From Dehalococcoidia bacterium (lineage in GTDB: Bacteria; Chloroflexota; Dehalococcoidia; Bin125): DNA of 64,000 nt. The DNA lies in contig OZ241913.1 of the NCBI GenBank assembly GCA_965203775.1, positions 2,192,015 through 2,256,014 on the forward strand, written 5' to 3'. A model generated the notes under the pieces. The model made no database searches and had not been told where the DNA came from. It was given only the letters and a program-made list of their open reading frames with translations. Within the stretch, counting starts at the first letter, position 1, and each line of letters opens with the position of its first letter. Of this stretch, positions 48,243 through 59,807 are shown piece after piece. The position numbers and the translations under genes were made by a program.

Positions 48243-48409
48243 TCCGTGCGAACGTTCGTGTTACCATGACGCTCCCCAACTCCCCGGACTCGCGCGGCGA
48301 CGGTCCGTCGCCGCCACTGCGGGAGATGCTAGACAGCCGACTCGACCTGCGTCAAGCCCCCTCTGTGAGTGGGTGATTCGGGGAGGTACGGGCGCCTTTG
48401 CGCGCCGAC

Positions 48410-50278
48410 TCATCCCTCGCGCAAAATGCGGTGATCGCCAACCCGCCGCGTAATCCGACGCCGATCAGTCTCTTCCAGGAACGACTGCGCGATTTTGCGG
48501 CTGGTGCCGATTCGGTCGCGGATTTCGGCCAGCGTGGCGCGCTCCGTTTCGGCCAGCAGCGCGCGGGTTTGCGCGACCATCTCGTCGTAGACGCCGCGCA
48601 GCAGCACGACGCCCTGGTTGAGCCGCACGATCTCGCCGCGCGCTTCGAGGTATTGCAGCAGCGTTGGGTCGATATCCGGCGCGACCTCGGGGCGCACGCC
48701 CTGCTCGCGCAGGCGGGCGAGCAGAGACTCGATTTGCGCTTGCGCTTCGTCGGAGAGGTCGGGCGCGCGGCCGGGCAGGTCGAGCAGACCGTCGGCTGCG
48801 CTCAGCGTTTCCGTTTGCAGCAGTTGCCGCTCGAGCATGGCGAAAGCGCGCGGCGGCAGCCCGAGGCGGCTGCGCAGATCTTCGCGGGGAATGCCGCCGC
48901 TGAGCGGCTGGCGCTCGACAAACTCGGCCACGATCCGGCGGCTGCGCTGCTGCAGCGCCGCATAGCCCGCATCGCTGGCCAGCGTGGTCGAGTCGGTCGT
49001 CTCGCCGTCGTCGAGCGCGACCACCGCGCCGGCCTCGAGCTGGCGTCGCAGCGCCGCCTCCGCTTCGGCGTCGGCCAGCTGCAGGCGATCGCGTAGCGCG
49101 GCCCAGCCGATCGGCTCGTGGCGCTGGAGCATCGTCAGCAGCGTGTCGTCGGGCGAGCCGTCCAGCAGGCGCTGAAGCGCTTCGAGCGTCGAGGCGTCGT
49201 TGCGGTGGTGGCGCCGCGGGCGGGTGTCGACGATGCGCCCGCCGGCGAGCGTCGCGTCGCCGCTGCGCAGCACGAAATGATCGCCGCGCGCGGCGGCGAT
49301 CGGCTCGGCCAGCCGCAGCTGCGCCCAACTGCGCTCGCCCGGTTCGAGCGCGTCGCCCTCCAGCAGCCGCACGCGCGCCTCGACCTCCGCCGCGCCCACA
49401 TGCAGCGTCAGCGTGGTGTTGTGGCGCAGCGCGCGCGGCAGCCGCTTGACCACGCGCAGGCGCACATCGACGGCCTGCGCGGGATGCAGCCAGCCGGGCG
49501 CGGTCAGCACCATCCCGCGGCGCAGCTCGGCCGTGCCGACGCCGCCCAGGTTGGCGGCGGTGCGCGCGCCGGGCTCGGCGATTTCAATGCTCTGCTCATG
49601 GCTTTGCAGCCCGCGAATGCGCCCGCTGAGCCCGGCCGGCTCGACGACGACGGAGTCGCCCACGCGCAGCGGCCCGTCGATCAGCGTGCCGGTGACGACC
49701 GTGCCGAAGCCGGAGATCGAGAAGGCGCGGTCGATCGGCAGGCGCGGGCGGTCGATATTGCGCACCTCGCCCAGCGATGCGACAGCCGCGTCAAGCGTCT
49801 CGCGGAGCTGGTCAAGTCCGTCCCCGCTGAGCGCGGAGCAGGGCACGATTGGGGCGTCGGCGAGAGTCGTGTCGGCGAGCAACTCGCGCACTTCGTCGGC
49901 GACCAATTCGAGCCACTCCTCGTCGACGAGGTCGGATTTGGTCAGCGCGACGACGCCCTCGCGCAGGTCGAGTAGGTCGAGGATGTCGAGATGCTCGCGG
50001 GTCTGCGGCATCACGCCCTCATCGGCGGCGACGACGAGCAGCGCGAGGTTGATCCCGCCCACGCCCGCGAGCATGTTTTTGATGAAGCGCTCGTGCCCGG
50101 GCACATCGACGATGCTGACCTCGCGCCCGCTGGGCAGCGTGGTCCAAGCGAAGCCGAGGTCAATCGTCAGCCCGCGCGCCTTCTCTTCCTCCCAGCGGTC
50201 GGGGTCGATCCCGCTCAGCGCCCGCACCAGCGCGCTCTTGCCATGGTCCACATGCCCCGCCGTGCCGATGACGAACAT
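48410..50278 (-). CDS. selB: Selenocysteine-specific translation elongation factor SelB
   Basis: N-terminal GTPase ([23 protein letters not shown]) followed by the long winged-helix C-terminal extension characteristic of SelB. Confidence 0.85.
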   Translation of the reverse strand: MFVIGTAGHVDHGKSALVRALSGIDPDRWEEEKARGLTIDLGFAWTTLPSGREVSIVDVPGHERFIKNMLAGVGGINLALLVVAADEGVMPQTREHLDILDLLDLREGVVALTKSDLVDEEWLELVADEVRELLADTTLADAPIVPCSALSGDGLDQLRETLDAAVASLGEVRNIDRPRLPIDRAFSISGFGTVVTGTLIDGPLRVGDSVVVEPAGLSGRIRGLQSHEQSIEIAEPGARTAANLGGVGTAELRRGMVLTAPGWLHPAQAVDVRLRVVKRLPRALRHNTTLTLHVGAAEVEARVRLLEGDALEPGERSWAQLRLAEPIAAARGDHFVLRSGDATLAGGRIVDTRPRRHHRNDASTLEALQRLLDGSPDDTLLTMLQRHEPIGWAALRDRLQLADAEAEAALRRQLEAGAVVALDDGETTDSTTLASDAGYAALQQRSRRIVAEFVERQPLSGGIPREDLRSRLGLPPRAFAMLERQLLQTETLSAADGLLDLPGRAPDLSDEAQAQIESLLARLREQGVRPEVAPDIDPTLLQYLEARGEIVRLNQGVVLLRGVYDEMVAQTRALLAETERATLAEIRDRIGTSRKIAQSFLEETDRRRITRRVGDHRILREG

Positions 50279-50301
50279 GGCCCCAGCCTAATCGCTCCCG
50301 G

Positions 50302-52341
50302 TCAGTCCACCCGTAGCTCGATCTCACTGCCCCAGAGCCAGTGCCCGACCGTTGTGTCGGTGGCGAGGCTGCGCCATTCAGACAGGATGAGCCGGCTGTC
50401 GTGTGTGATGAAGCCGAACTCGATCCGTCCGTCGTTCAGCTTGCGTGCGCCAATCCGGCCCAGCGTGTACCTACCTTGTTCGACAGTCGTGGTAAACAGC
50501 CACTCGCCGACGCGCGCGTCGGCGGGGAAGAATCGTCTGGTTGGCAGCACCCGCTCACCGCGCGTGATGCGGAAGCCAAACTCGGCTCGCCCGTCGGCAA
50601 GCCGCCGGACTACGATGCGGCCGACCGCCACCGTACCCGCGCTGATCTGCTCAGGCGGCTGTGTGGCAAGCAATCGGCCACCCCAACAGTCGACGGCACC
50701 CGCCTCGCTGACTGCACAGCTCGAGAGATAGCCGGAGTCCACTGAGCGATACTCCCCGGTGGGAGACTTTCGCTGGCCAGTTCGATTATCACCCCAGCAG
50801 ACAATTGCACCTGAATCAGCGAGTGCACAGGTATGAAGATTACCTGCACTGAGTGATTGGAACTGGCCGGATGGAGAAACCGTTTGCCCGAGCTGATTAT
50901 CCCCCCAACACAACAGTTCATGCGACTCGTTGATCGCGCAGGTGTGGTACTCGCCTGCACTCACTGCACGAAACGAGCCCGGTGGCGCGTCCAACCGATT
51001 ATCCCGGTTTTCGCCCCAGCATTCCAGTACGCCTGACTCGCGCAGCCCGCAGCTGTGACGATCTCCCACCGACACCAATCGGAACTCGCCTGACGGCGCA
51101 TCTAACTCACGGTTGTAGTTGTAGCCGCCCCAGCAGGTAATCTCACCTGATTCGCGCACGGCGCATGTATGGCGCGGGCCTACGCTGACCGTACGGTATC
51201 GCCCGTCCGGCGCACCCGTCCGTCCTCTTTGCTGACCTCCCCAGCAGACCAGTTCGCCGGTTTCGCGGATTCCGCAGGCGCGTGATCCGCCCGCGTAGAT
51301 TGAACGAAGTCGACCTGCCGGAGCAGTGCTCCGCGTCGCGTCATACGATGTGTGGTCGTAGCCGCCGCCCCAGCATTCCACACCGCCGTCGGTATGGAGG
51401 GCGCAGCGGAATCCTCGCCCTACAGCGACCTGATCGAATTGTCCGGCTGGCGCGTCGTCCAGCCCCCAGTGTCCGTCCGCCGCTCCCCAACAGCTGACCT
51501 TGCCTGATGCTCGAACACCGCATACAGTCGAAACTCCAGCGGCGACCGACTGAAAGACGCCGGTTGGCACATCGTTGATGATTCCGGTGCGAGTCACGAA
51601 TCCCCAGCAGTCGATCTGCCCACTTTGCCGCACTGCGCAGGTAAATGCGTCACCGACGCTCACGGATCGGTATCGAACGGAACCAGTATCTGGCGGCCCA
51701 GCTTCCTCATCTCCCCAGCAAACAAGCTCGCCTGAATCGCGTATGCCGCAAGCGTTCCAGGTGCCTGCACTAAGTGACTGAAACCTTCCCGATGGCGCCA
51801 AACTGTCCCACTGCCCGTCACCCCAGCACACTATCCTGCCCGCGACTGTGATGGCGCAAGTATGGGATCCGCCCGTACTGACCGATCGGTATGCACCAGG
51901 TGGCGCGATCAACGGGCCGGCACCGTTTGGGCCCCAGCAGGCGATCTCGCGCGACACGAGAACCCCGCAGATGTGCGAGGTCCCGGAGTCCAATTCGATG
52001 AAACGCCCGCGCGGGCCGTCCCAGCCCGTGTAGATTCCGCCCCAGCATGCGGCTTCGCCGCTCGCGTTCAATGCGCAGCTAAACCCGTGTCCGGCGCTGA
52101 TCGTGCTGAAGCTGCCCTTGGGCGCGTTCAGCTCGCCATAGTAGTTCCCGCCCCAGCAGAGCACTTTGCCCGTCTCAAGGATCGCGCAGCTGTGCTCCCA
52201 GCCGACGGCAATGGACTTGACGAGGTTGTCGTTGGTCGCCGGTTCCGTCGCACGCGCTGTGCTCAAGGTGGCCAGCGCCGCCAGCGCGATCAAGCCGATG
52301 AGTGTGGCGCAAAGGTTTGTGGTTGAACCAGTCAACGTCAT
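50302..52341 (-). CDS. RCC1-repeat (beta-propeller) secreted protein with a C-terminal 'FPADARVGEWLF...GRIGARKLNDGRIEFGF' repeat module
   Basis: Signal peptide (MTLTGSTTNLCATLIGLIALAALATLSTARA). About 14 RCC1-like repeats. The C-terminal two repeats are homologous to the N-terminus of the M23 peptidase 47228..48043. Confidence 0.75.
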   Translation of the reverse strand: MTLTGSTTNLCATLIGLIALAALATLSTARATEPATNDNLVKSIAVGWEHSCAILETGKVLCWGGNYYGELNAPKGSFSTISAGHGFSCALNASGEAACWGGIYTGWDGPRGRFIELDSGTSHICGVLVSREIACWGPNGAGPLIAPPGAYRSVSTGGSHTCAITVAGRIVCWGDGQWDSLAPSGRFQSLSAGTWNACGIRDSGELVCWGDEEAGPPDTGSVRYRSVSVGDAFTCAVRQSGQIDCWGFVTRTGIINDVPTGVFQSVAAGVSTVCGVRASGKVSCWGAADGHWGLDDAPAGQFDQVAVGRGFRCALHTDGGVECWGGGYDHTSYDATRSTAPAGRLRSIYAGGSRACGIRETGELVCWGGQQRGRTGAPDGRYRTVSVGPRHTCAVRESGEITCWGGYNYNRELDAPSGEFRLVSVGDRHSCGLRESGVLECWGENRDNRLDAPPGSFRAVSAGEYHTCAINESHELLCWGDNQLGQTVSPSGQFQSLSAGNLHTCALADSGAIVCWGDNRTGQRKSPTGEYRSVDSGYLSSCAVSEAGAVDCWGGRLLATQPPEQISAGTVAVGRIVVRRLADGRAEFGFRITRGERVLPTRRFFPADARVGEWLFTTTVEQGRYTLGRIGARKLNDGRIEFGFITHDSRLILSEWRSLATDTTVGHWLWGSEIELRVD

Positions 52342-52459
52342 GCGAGCGGCCTCCTCGCCGGCACACCCAAATTTACTGGATCGCGTTTCGAGCATGCTTG
52401 CGGATCCTCTCATCCGGGAGCCGACTCGATTTCGCTGCCCTCGGTTCAGAAGATAAGCT

Positions 52460-53479
52460 GTGGACAGGCCGTATGTGGAGGAGGCTCCGATGAGGGCGAT
52501 TGTCGTGGACGGGGACGGGAAAACGGCGGACTCGCTGCGGATTGCGGAGGTGCCCGATCCCGTCGCGGGCGATGAGGAGGTGCTGCTGCGGGTGCATGCG
52601 ACGGCGCTCAATCGGGCCGACATCATGCAGCGGATGGGCGGCTATCCGCCGCAGCATGGGGCGTCGAATGTTCTCGGGCTCGAGCTGGCGGGCGAGGTGG
52701 TTGAGGTCGGCGCGCGGGTGCGCTCGCTGGCGGTCGGCGACCGCGTCTACGGGCTGAGCGGCGGGGGCGGCTACGCCGAGTTCGCGGCGCTGCACGAGTC
52801 GCTGGCGATGCCGATCCCGGCGGGGCTGAGCTACCACGAGGCGGCCTCGATCCCTGAGGTCTTTTTCACGGCCAACACCGCCGTGCGCACGCTGGCCGAA
52901 ACGCAGCCGGGCGAGCGCCTGCTGATCCACGCGGGCGGCAGCGGCGTGGGCATCGCGGCGATCCAGATCGGACGCTTAATCGGCGCGGAGGTCTGGACTA
53001 CGGCGGGCAGCGCGGAGAAGTGCCTGCGCGCCGCCGAGCTGGGCGCGCAGGCAACGATCAACTACCGCGAGCAGTCGTTCGCCGATGTGGTGCGGGAGCG
53101 CACCGACGGCCGCGGCGTGGACGCGATCCTCGACGTGATCGGGCGCGACTACTGGGAGGCCAACCTGCGTTCGCTGGCGACCGCGGGGCGGCTGGTGCTG
53201 GTCGGCTTGATGGGCGGCGCGGTCGCCGAGACCAATCTGGGCGTCATCCTGAGCAAGCGGCTGCGCATCTACGGCACGGTGATGCGCGCGCGTCCGCTAA
53301 TCGATCGCGCCGCAATCACGCGCGATTACCGCGAGCACCTGGAGCCGGCAATCGTGGCCGGCCAAATGCGCCCAATCATCGACTCCGTCTTCCCCCTGCG
53401 CGAGGCCGCCGCCGCCCACCGCCACATGGAAGAAAACCGCAACTTCGGCAAAATCCTGCTCGACTGCCTGGATGCCTGA
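52460..53479 (+). CDS. NAD(P)H:quinone oxidoreductase (zinc-type alcohol-dehydrogenase/MDR superfamily, Qor-like)
   Basis: MDR fold with cofactor-binding 'LIHAGGSGVGIAAIQ'. The start may be ATG at 52490 (MRAIVVDG). Confidence 0.8.
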   Translation: MDRPYVEEAPMRAIVVDGDGKTADSLRIAEVPDPVAGDEEVLLRVHATALNRADIMQRMGGYPPQHGASNVLGLELAGEVVEVGARVRSLAVGDRVYGLSGGGGYAEFAALHESLAMPIPAGLSYHEAASIPEVFFTANTAVRTLAETQPGERLLIHAGGSGVGIAAIQIGRLIGAEVWTTAGSAEKCLRAAELGAQATINYREQSFADVVRERTDGRGVDAILDVIGRDYWEANLRSLATAGRLVLVGLMGGAVAETNLGVILSKRLRIYGTVMRARPLIDRAAITRDYREHLEPAIVAGQMRPIIDSVFPLREAAAAHRHMEENRNFGKILLDCLDA

Positions 53480-53502
53480 TTGGACTCAGTAACACCGCGC
53501 CC

Positions 53503-53578
53503 AACACGAAACCCAACACCCCCCCACCTCCGTCATTCCTGCGCTCCTCCTCCGTCATTCCTGCGCAGGCAGGAATGT
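53503..53578. repeat. MITE-like A-type units (cluster 8), truncated by the IS30-family insertion
   Basis: 'ccgtcattcctgcgctcctcctccgtcattcctgcgcaggcaggaa|tgtggagtc...'. Confidence 0.7.
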
Positions 53579-54578
53579 GGAGTCAGCTTGCAAATGCAAC
53601 AGTTGGTTGTGGAGCACTTCGGCGGGGGTCTGGTAGTCGAGGCACTTGCGGGGGGTGTTGTTGGCGGCGCGGATGACGGCGTGGAGCGCGGCGGCGGAGA
53701 GCGCGTTGAGGTCGGTGTTGCGGTGCAGGCGGCGGCGCAGCCGGCCGATCGCGTTCTCCACGCCGCCCTTCTGCCAGGGCGAATGCGGGTCGCAGAAGAA
53801 CGTCTCGATGCCGAGGTCGTGGAGCCGGTGATGGCGGACGAACTCGGAGCCGTTGTCGAAGGTGGCGCTGCGCCGGAGGGCCGGCGGGAGGCGCCGGAAC
53901 AGCCCGCGCAGGACGCGGCTGAGCGGCTCGGCGGCCTTGCTCGGCAGAGCCGCGGCGAGCAGCGCGCGGGAGCGGCGTTCCTGCAGCACGAGCAGCGGCG
54001 GGCGCCCCTGGCCGAAGCTCATCAGGTCCACCTCCCAGTGGCCGTAGACCAGGCGCTGGTCGGCCTCGGGCGAACGCTCGCTGAGCGGGCGGCGCTCCTG
54101 CAGGTAATCGGTCGAGCCGCGCGCGCCGCGCGTGCGGCTGTAACCGCGCTTGACCCGCCCGCGGGGCAGATAGCGGGCGAAGCGGTAGTCCTTGGTGCGG
54201 GCGATCTGGGCGTGGATGAAGCGGTAGATGCTCTCAGGCGAGATCACATGCCGCCCGGCTTCGCGTTTGAGCCGTCCGGCGACCTGCTGGGGCGAGCGGC
54301 CGGCGGCGAGCATGTTCAGCACCTGCTCGCGCAGTGCGGCGTCGCGCTCCAGCCGCAAGCCGCGGAAGCCCAGTCATGCAGTGGGCGCGGGTCTGCTGCT
54401 GGGCGTAGTCCGGGTCGTAACCGCCGTCGGCGCGCGCGTTGCGCTTCAACTCTCGAGTAATCGTCGATGGCGCGCGATCCAGAGTTGCCGCGATTTGCCG
54501 CGCGGAGCGGCCCTCGGCCTGTAGTCGGGCCAGCCGCCAGCGCTCCTCGCGGCTGAGCTGCGTGTGCGTTCGGGCCAT
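53555..54578 (-). pseudogene. IS30-family transposase, frameshifted (two overlapping ORFs)
   Basis: See the mobile-element entry. The 3' end of the DDE ORF reads into the MITE ('FLPAQE*'). Confidence 0.65.
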
Positions 54579-54600
54579 CGCTCCACCTCCAACATCCGTT
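53580..54600 (-). mobile_element. IS30-family insertion sequence with a frame-disrupted transposase
   Basis: N-terminal HTH ORF (54234..54578, 'LSREERWRLARLQAEGRSARQIAATL...') and DDE-domain ORF (53555..54358: YGHWEVDLM, DNGSEF, CDPHSPWQKGGVEN) are in different frames and join near 54360-54380. The boundaries are approximate. Confidence 0.7.
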
Positions 54601-54651
54601 GCACCCCAAGCGCCAACTTAGCGAACCCACATCCCCCCATCCACATCAGCA

Positions 54652-55040
54652 CCCCCTTCCCCAATTCATCCCTCCTCCCTTCCAGGGGGGAGGTTAGGTG
54701 GGGGGTGAGAAGCCACGCGCCGGCACCACCGGCCACGCGCGCCCCCGATCGCCCGCGCACATCCCCGATCGCCCGCGCACATCCCCGATCACCCACGCCA
54801 TTCCACCTCCGCCATTCCTGCTCCAAACCGTCATCCCTGCACCCCCTCCCCCTGCCATTCCTACACCCCTTCCGTCATTCCTGCGCAGGCAGGAACCCAC
54901 GCGGCGTTCGCCGCCTGCCTTGGCCTGAATGTCCGGCGACGCGGAAGCGGCAGGGCAAGCTGTCAGGATGTCGCGGCGCGCGTCAACGCTGGAGATCGCC
55001 TGGCTTCTTGCCTGCGCAGGAATGACGGAAGTGTGAACAA
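54652..55040. repeat. MITE-like repeat cluster 9 (B-type hairpin, 'cgatcgcccgcgcacatcccc' tandem module, A-type forward and distal inverted unit ending 'ggaagtgtgaacaagcc')
   Basis: Direct inspection. Confidence 0.85.
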
Positions 55041-55054
55041 GCCCTAGGGCCTGT

Positions 55055-55500
55055 TCACACTACGCGGGAGAGGTTGTCGAAGATCAGGACGAGGTGGATG
55101 AAGCCGAGGAAGAGGGCGTCGAGCTTGTCGTAGCGGGTGGCGAGGTGTCGGAAGCGCTTGAGCCGGCTGAACAGCCGCTCGACGATGTTGCGTTCTTTGT
55201 AGAGTTCGCGGTCGTACTCCCAGGGTTCGCTGCGCTGCGGCATCGGCGGGACGACGGTGAGCCAGCGCAGCGCGGCGGCGAGCTCGCGGGTCGGGTCGCC
55301 CTCGTAGGCGCGATCCATCAGCAGCGCCGGCGCGCCCTGTTGTTCGCCCAACTGCTCCAGCAGTTGGCGGCCTTCGGGCGCGTCGCCCCACTGGCCCGGG
55401 GTGAGCGAGAGCGCCAGCGGGGTGTAGTCGTCGATCGCGACGACGTGCAGCTTGGTGGTCAGCCCGCCGCGCGAGCGCCCAATCGCTTGAGGCCCCCTTT
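55055..55500 (-). CDS. IS5-family transposase OrfB (DDE domain), expressed via -1 frameshift or transcriptional slippage from orfA
   Basis: DDE_Tnp_1 motifs. No independent start. The frame is -1 relative to orfA across the A6G site. Confidence 0.65.
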
Positions 55501-55827
55501 TTTCGGCGCCCCCGCGCCTTGCTGGTGCACGCCGATAATCGTGCTGTCCAGGGCGGCCGCGGGAAACTCCCCCTCCGCCAGCCGCTCGCGCAGCAGTTCC
55601 GCCCAGACCCGCTGCAGCACGCCCTGCTTGGTCCAGCGGTTGAGCCGCGTATAGATCGTGTGCCAGCGCCCGAAGCGCTCCGGCAGCGCGCGCCACTTGC
55701 AGCCCTGCTCGGCGATGTAGAGCAGCGCGTTGAGCACTTGCAGGTTGGGGATCGCGACATTGCCCCGCTGCACGGGGAACACGTGCGCGATCCGCGCGTA
55801 CTGCGCCTCGGTCAGTGCTTTGCACAT
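55459..55827 (-). CDS. IS5-family transposase OrfA (N-terminal DNA-binding part)
   Basis: See the mobile-element entry. Confidence 0.7.
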   Translation of the reverse strand: MCKALTEAQYARIAHVFPVQRGNVAIPNLQVLNALLYIAEQGCKWRALPERFGRWHTIYTRLNRWTKQGVLQRVWAELLRERLAEGEFPAAALDSTIIGVHQQGAGAPKKGGLKRLGARAAG

Positions 55828-55912
55828 GGCGGCCCTCGCCGCCCCGTCGCCGCCACCAGATTAGCCGCTCTCCCCCGTAGTGTGAACAAGCCCTAGCCGG
55901 ATGGCTCGTCGG

Positions 55913-56562
55913 TCACCACCGGACTGGCGGATGGGGAACTGCGAGCCCGGCATCGAGCTGAGCGCGTCCGACTGCGGTCTTCCGCGCCAGGTTCGGATGC
56001 TCGCGCCGGATGATCTGCATTGCCTGCTCGTGCGAAATCGGCTGAGGCGGTTCGTCGGCCAACTCACTGACAAGCTCGCTCACGAGCGGGCCAAAGTCTT
56101 CGCACATATCGTCGTAGTTCAGCGCCGTTCCGATTCCGCGCGCCAAAGCGTTGGACCACGCCGCCCCGCCGCCCACAACGCGAGCCAGCTCACTCGCGGG
56201 CAGCGCGCCAAAGCGTTGGACCACGCCGCCCCGCCGCCCACAACGCGAGCCAGCTCACTCGCGGGCAGCGCGCCAAAGCGCTGATAGACGTACTCAACGA
56301 CGCCCGCTGTGCCGTGCGACGGCGGCGAACCCGAATCCGCAACTGGCTCCGCAACCTGGCGGTCCGAGGCTGACAACTCGCAGATCAGCGGGCCAGCTTC
56401 GCCCGCCTCGATCCGGCTGGCGAACAGCGGCTCGTAGTACAGGGCGACGGCGAGTCCCTGCGCGATGTATGCGAGCGCTTGCAATCTCGGCAGATCGAGT
56501 GTCTCGCCGTCTCTCTCCGCAAGCTGAGAGAACCACTCAGCGACATGCGCAATCGGAACCAT
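55913..56562 (-). pseudogene. Panacea/SocA-domain (DUF4065) antitoxin-like gene disrupted by a 65-bp perfect tandem duplication
   Basis: N-terminal 'LDLPRLQALAYIAQGLAVALYYEPLFASRIEAGEAGPL' matches the Panacea domain. The 65-bp unit at 56138-56202 is repeated at 56203-56267, so the peptide 'RFGALPASELARVVGGGAAWSNALAR' appears in both fragments (ORFs 56119..56562 and 55913..56224). Confidence 0.65.
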
Positions 56563-56577
56563 GGCGCCCTCCGCCGC

Positions 56578-57813
56578 CTACGATACCGGCCCCACCGAGG
56601 CGGACGGCAGCAGCGACGGCTCCACCAGCCGCACAAACACCTCATTCGCCACCCCATGTCCCCGCTCCGTCAGCCGCAGCCGCCCACTCCGACGCTCCGC
56701 AAGCGCCGCCCCCACCGCCCACTCCACAACCGCCTCAATTCGGCCGTAAGCATCGGGATAGCGGCGCTTGAGCGCATCCTCATCCACCCCCTCCGTCAGC
56801 CGCAGGCCGAGCGTGAGCGCGTCCACCACCGCATCGCTTTCCGTGATCGGCTCGACATCCTCGATCGCCGGGCTGGGCAACCCCTGCGGGCCCGACCCGC
56901 CCGAGGCGAGCTTGCGGATGTAGGCCGCCGGGCGCCGCGCGACGCTGTAGCGCACCCCCCCAAAGCAGCCGTGCGCGCCGGGGCCCACCCCGATGTAGTC
57001 GCCGCAGCGCCAGTAGTTCAGATTGTGCCGGCACTCCCGGCCGGGCAGCGCGTAGTTGCTCGTCTCGTAGTGCGCGTAGCCCGCCTCCGACAGCCGCTGC
57101 GCGGTCCACGCCGAAATCTCGGCGACGACGTCCGGATCAGCCTCAACCACCGCGCCGGCCGCGACGCGCGCCGCCAGCGGCGTGCCCTCCTCCACCGTCA
57201 GCGCGTAGCACGAGAGGTGCTCGGGACGCCACGCGGCGACCCGCTCCAGCGTGGACCGCCAGGTCTCGAAGCGCTGCTGCGGCAGCCCGTAGATCAGGTC
57301 CAAATTCACGTTGTCGAAGCCCGCCGCGCGAATTTCCGATAGCGCCTGCTCCGCGCGCTCCGCGCTGTGCAGACGATCCAGAAAGCGCAGCTCGTCGGCG
57401 TCGAGCGATTGCACCCCCATCGAGACGCGGTTCACCCCGGCCGCGCGGTAATCGCGCATCCGCTCAACGCGCACGCTCTCCGGGTTCGCCTCCAGCGTGA
57501 TTTCGGCGTCGGGCGCGACCGCAAAGCAGCGCCGCGCGACGTCGAGCAGGCGCGCGACCTGCTCGCCCTCCAGCAGACTCGGAGTCCCGCCGCCGATGAA
57601 GATCGTCGCAATCCCGCGCCCCACTGCCTGCCTTGTCGCGTGCGCCGACCAGAGCTCCAGCTCGCGCAGCGCAGCGCCGAGCCAGTCGCCCGTCAACGGT
57701 TCCAGCCCCGCGTAGGAGTTGAAATCGCAGTAGGCGCACTTGACCGTGCAGAACGGCACGTGGATGTAGAGCGAGAGCGGCCCGGTCCCGGTGTCGTCGT
57801 CTGTTGCTGACAT
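56578..57813 (-). CDS. hemW: Radical SAM heme chaperone HemW (HemN-like, oxygen-independent coproporphyrinogen-III oxidase family)
   Basis: CxxxCxxC radical-SAM motif 'HVPFCTVKCAYCDF' and a HemN C-terminal domain. ATG at 57813 chosen. Confidence 0.8.
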   Translation of the reverse strand: MSATDDDTGTGPLSLYIHVPFCTVKCAYCDFNSYAGLEPLTGDWLGAALRELELWSAHATRQAVGRGIATIFIGGGTPSLLEGEQVARLLDVARRCFAVAPDAEITLEANPESVRVERMRDYRAAGVNRVSMGVQSLDADELRFLDRLHSAERAEQALSEIRAAGFDNVNLDLIYGLPQQRFETWRSTLERVAAWRPEHLSCYALTVEEGTPLAARVAAGAVVEADPDVVAEISAWTAQRLSEAGYAHYETSNYALPGRECRHNLNYWRCGDYIGVGPGAHGCFGGVRYSVARRPAAYIRKLASGGSGPQGLPSPAIEDVEPITESDAVVDALTLGLRLTEGVDEDALKRRYPDAYGRIEAVVEWAVGAALAERRSGRLRLTERGHGVANEVFVRLVEPSLLPSASVGPVS

Positions 57814-57904
57814 GACGCGAGTGTATGGGCGGCGACGCCCGCCGCATTGCCCGCGCGCAAGGCGCGTGACACACTCAGACGAGTAGGAACGTTCCCGGCA
57901 GCGC

Positions 57905-59734
<1,830 letters not shown>

Positions 59735-59807
59735 CGCTCCGCGCAATGCGGCTGCGCAGCGCCCGCGCGGTGATAATCTCGCTTGCGAGTGAGAACCCCG
59801 ACGCGAT

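Larger units (their letters stand above)
55045..55887 (-). mobile_element. IS5-family (IS427/IS1031-like) insertion sequence with orfA/orfB and an A6G slippage motif; imperfect 13-bp terminal IRs GGCCTGTTCACAC / GGCTTGTTCACAC; possible CTAG target duplication
   Basis: Left end 'ctag|ggcctgttcacactacgcggg', right end 'cccgtagtgtgaacaagcc|ctag'. orfA 55459..55827 (HTH, DUF4096-like 'LLYIAEQGCKWRALP'). orfB in the -1 frame down to stop 55055 (DDE: 'LHVVAIDDYTPLAL...DRAYEGDP...ERLFSRLKRFRHLATRYDK'). T6 run at 55497-55502 gives AAAAAAG on the coding strand. Confidence 0.75.
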
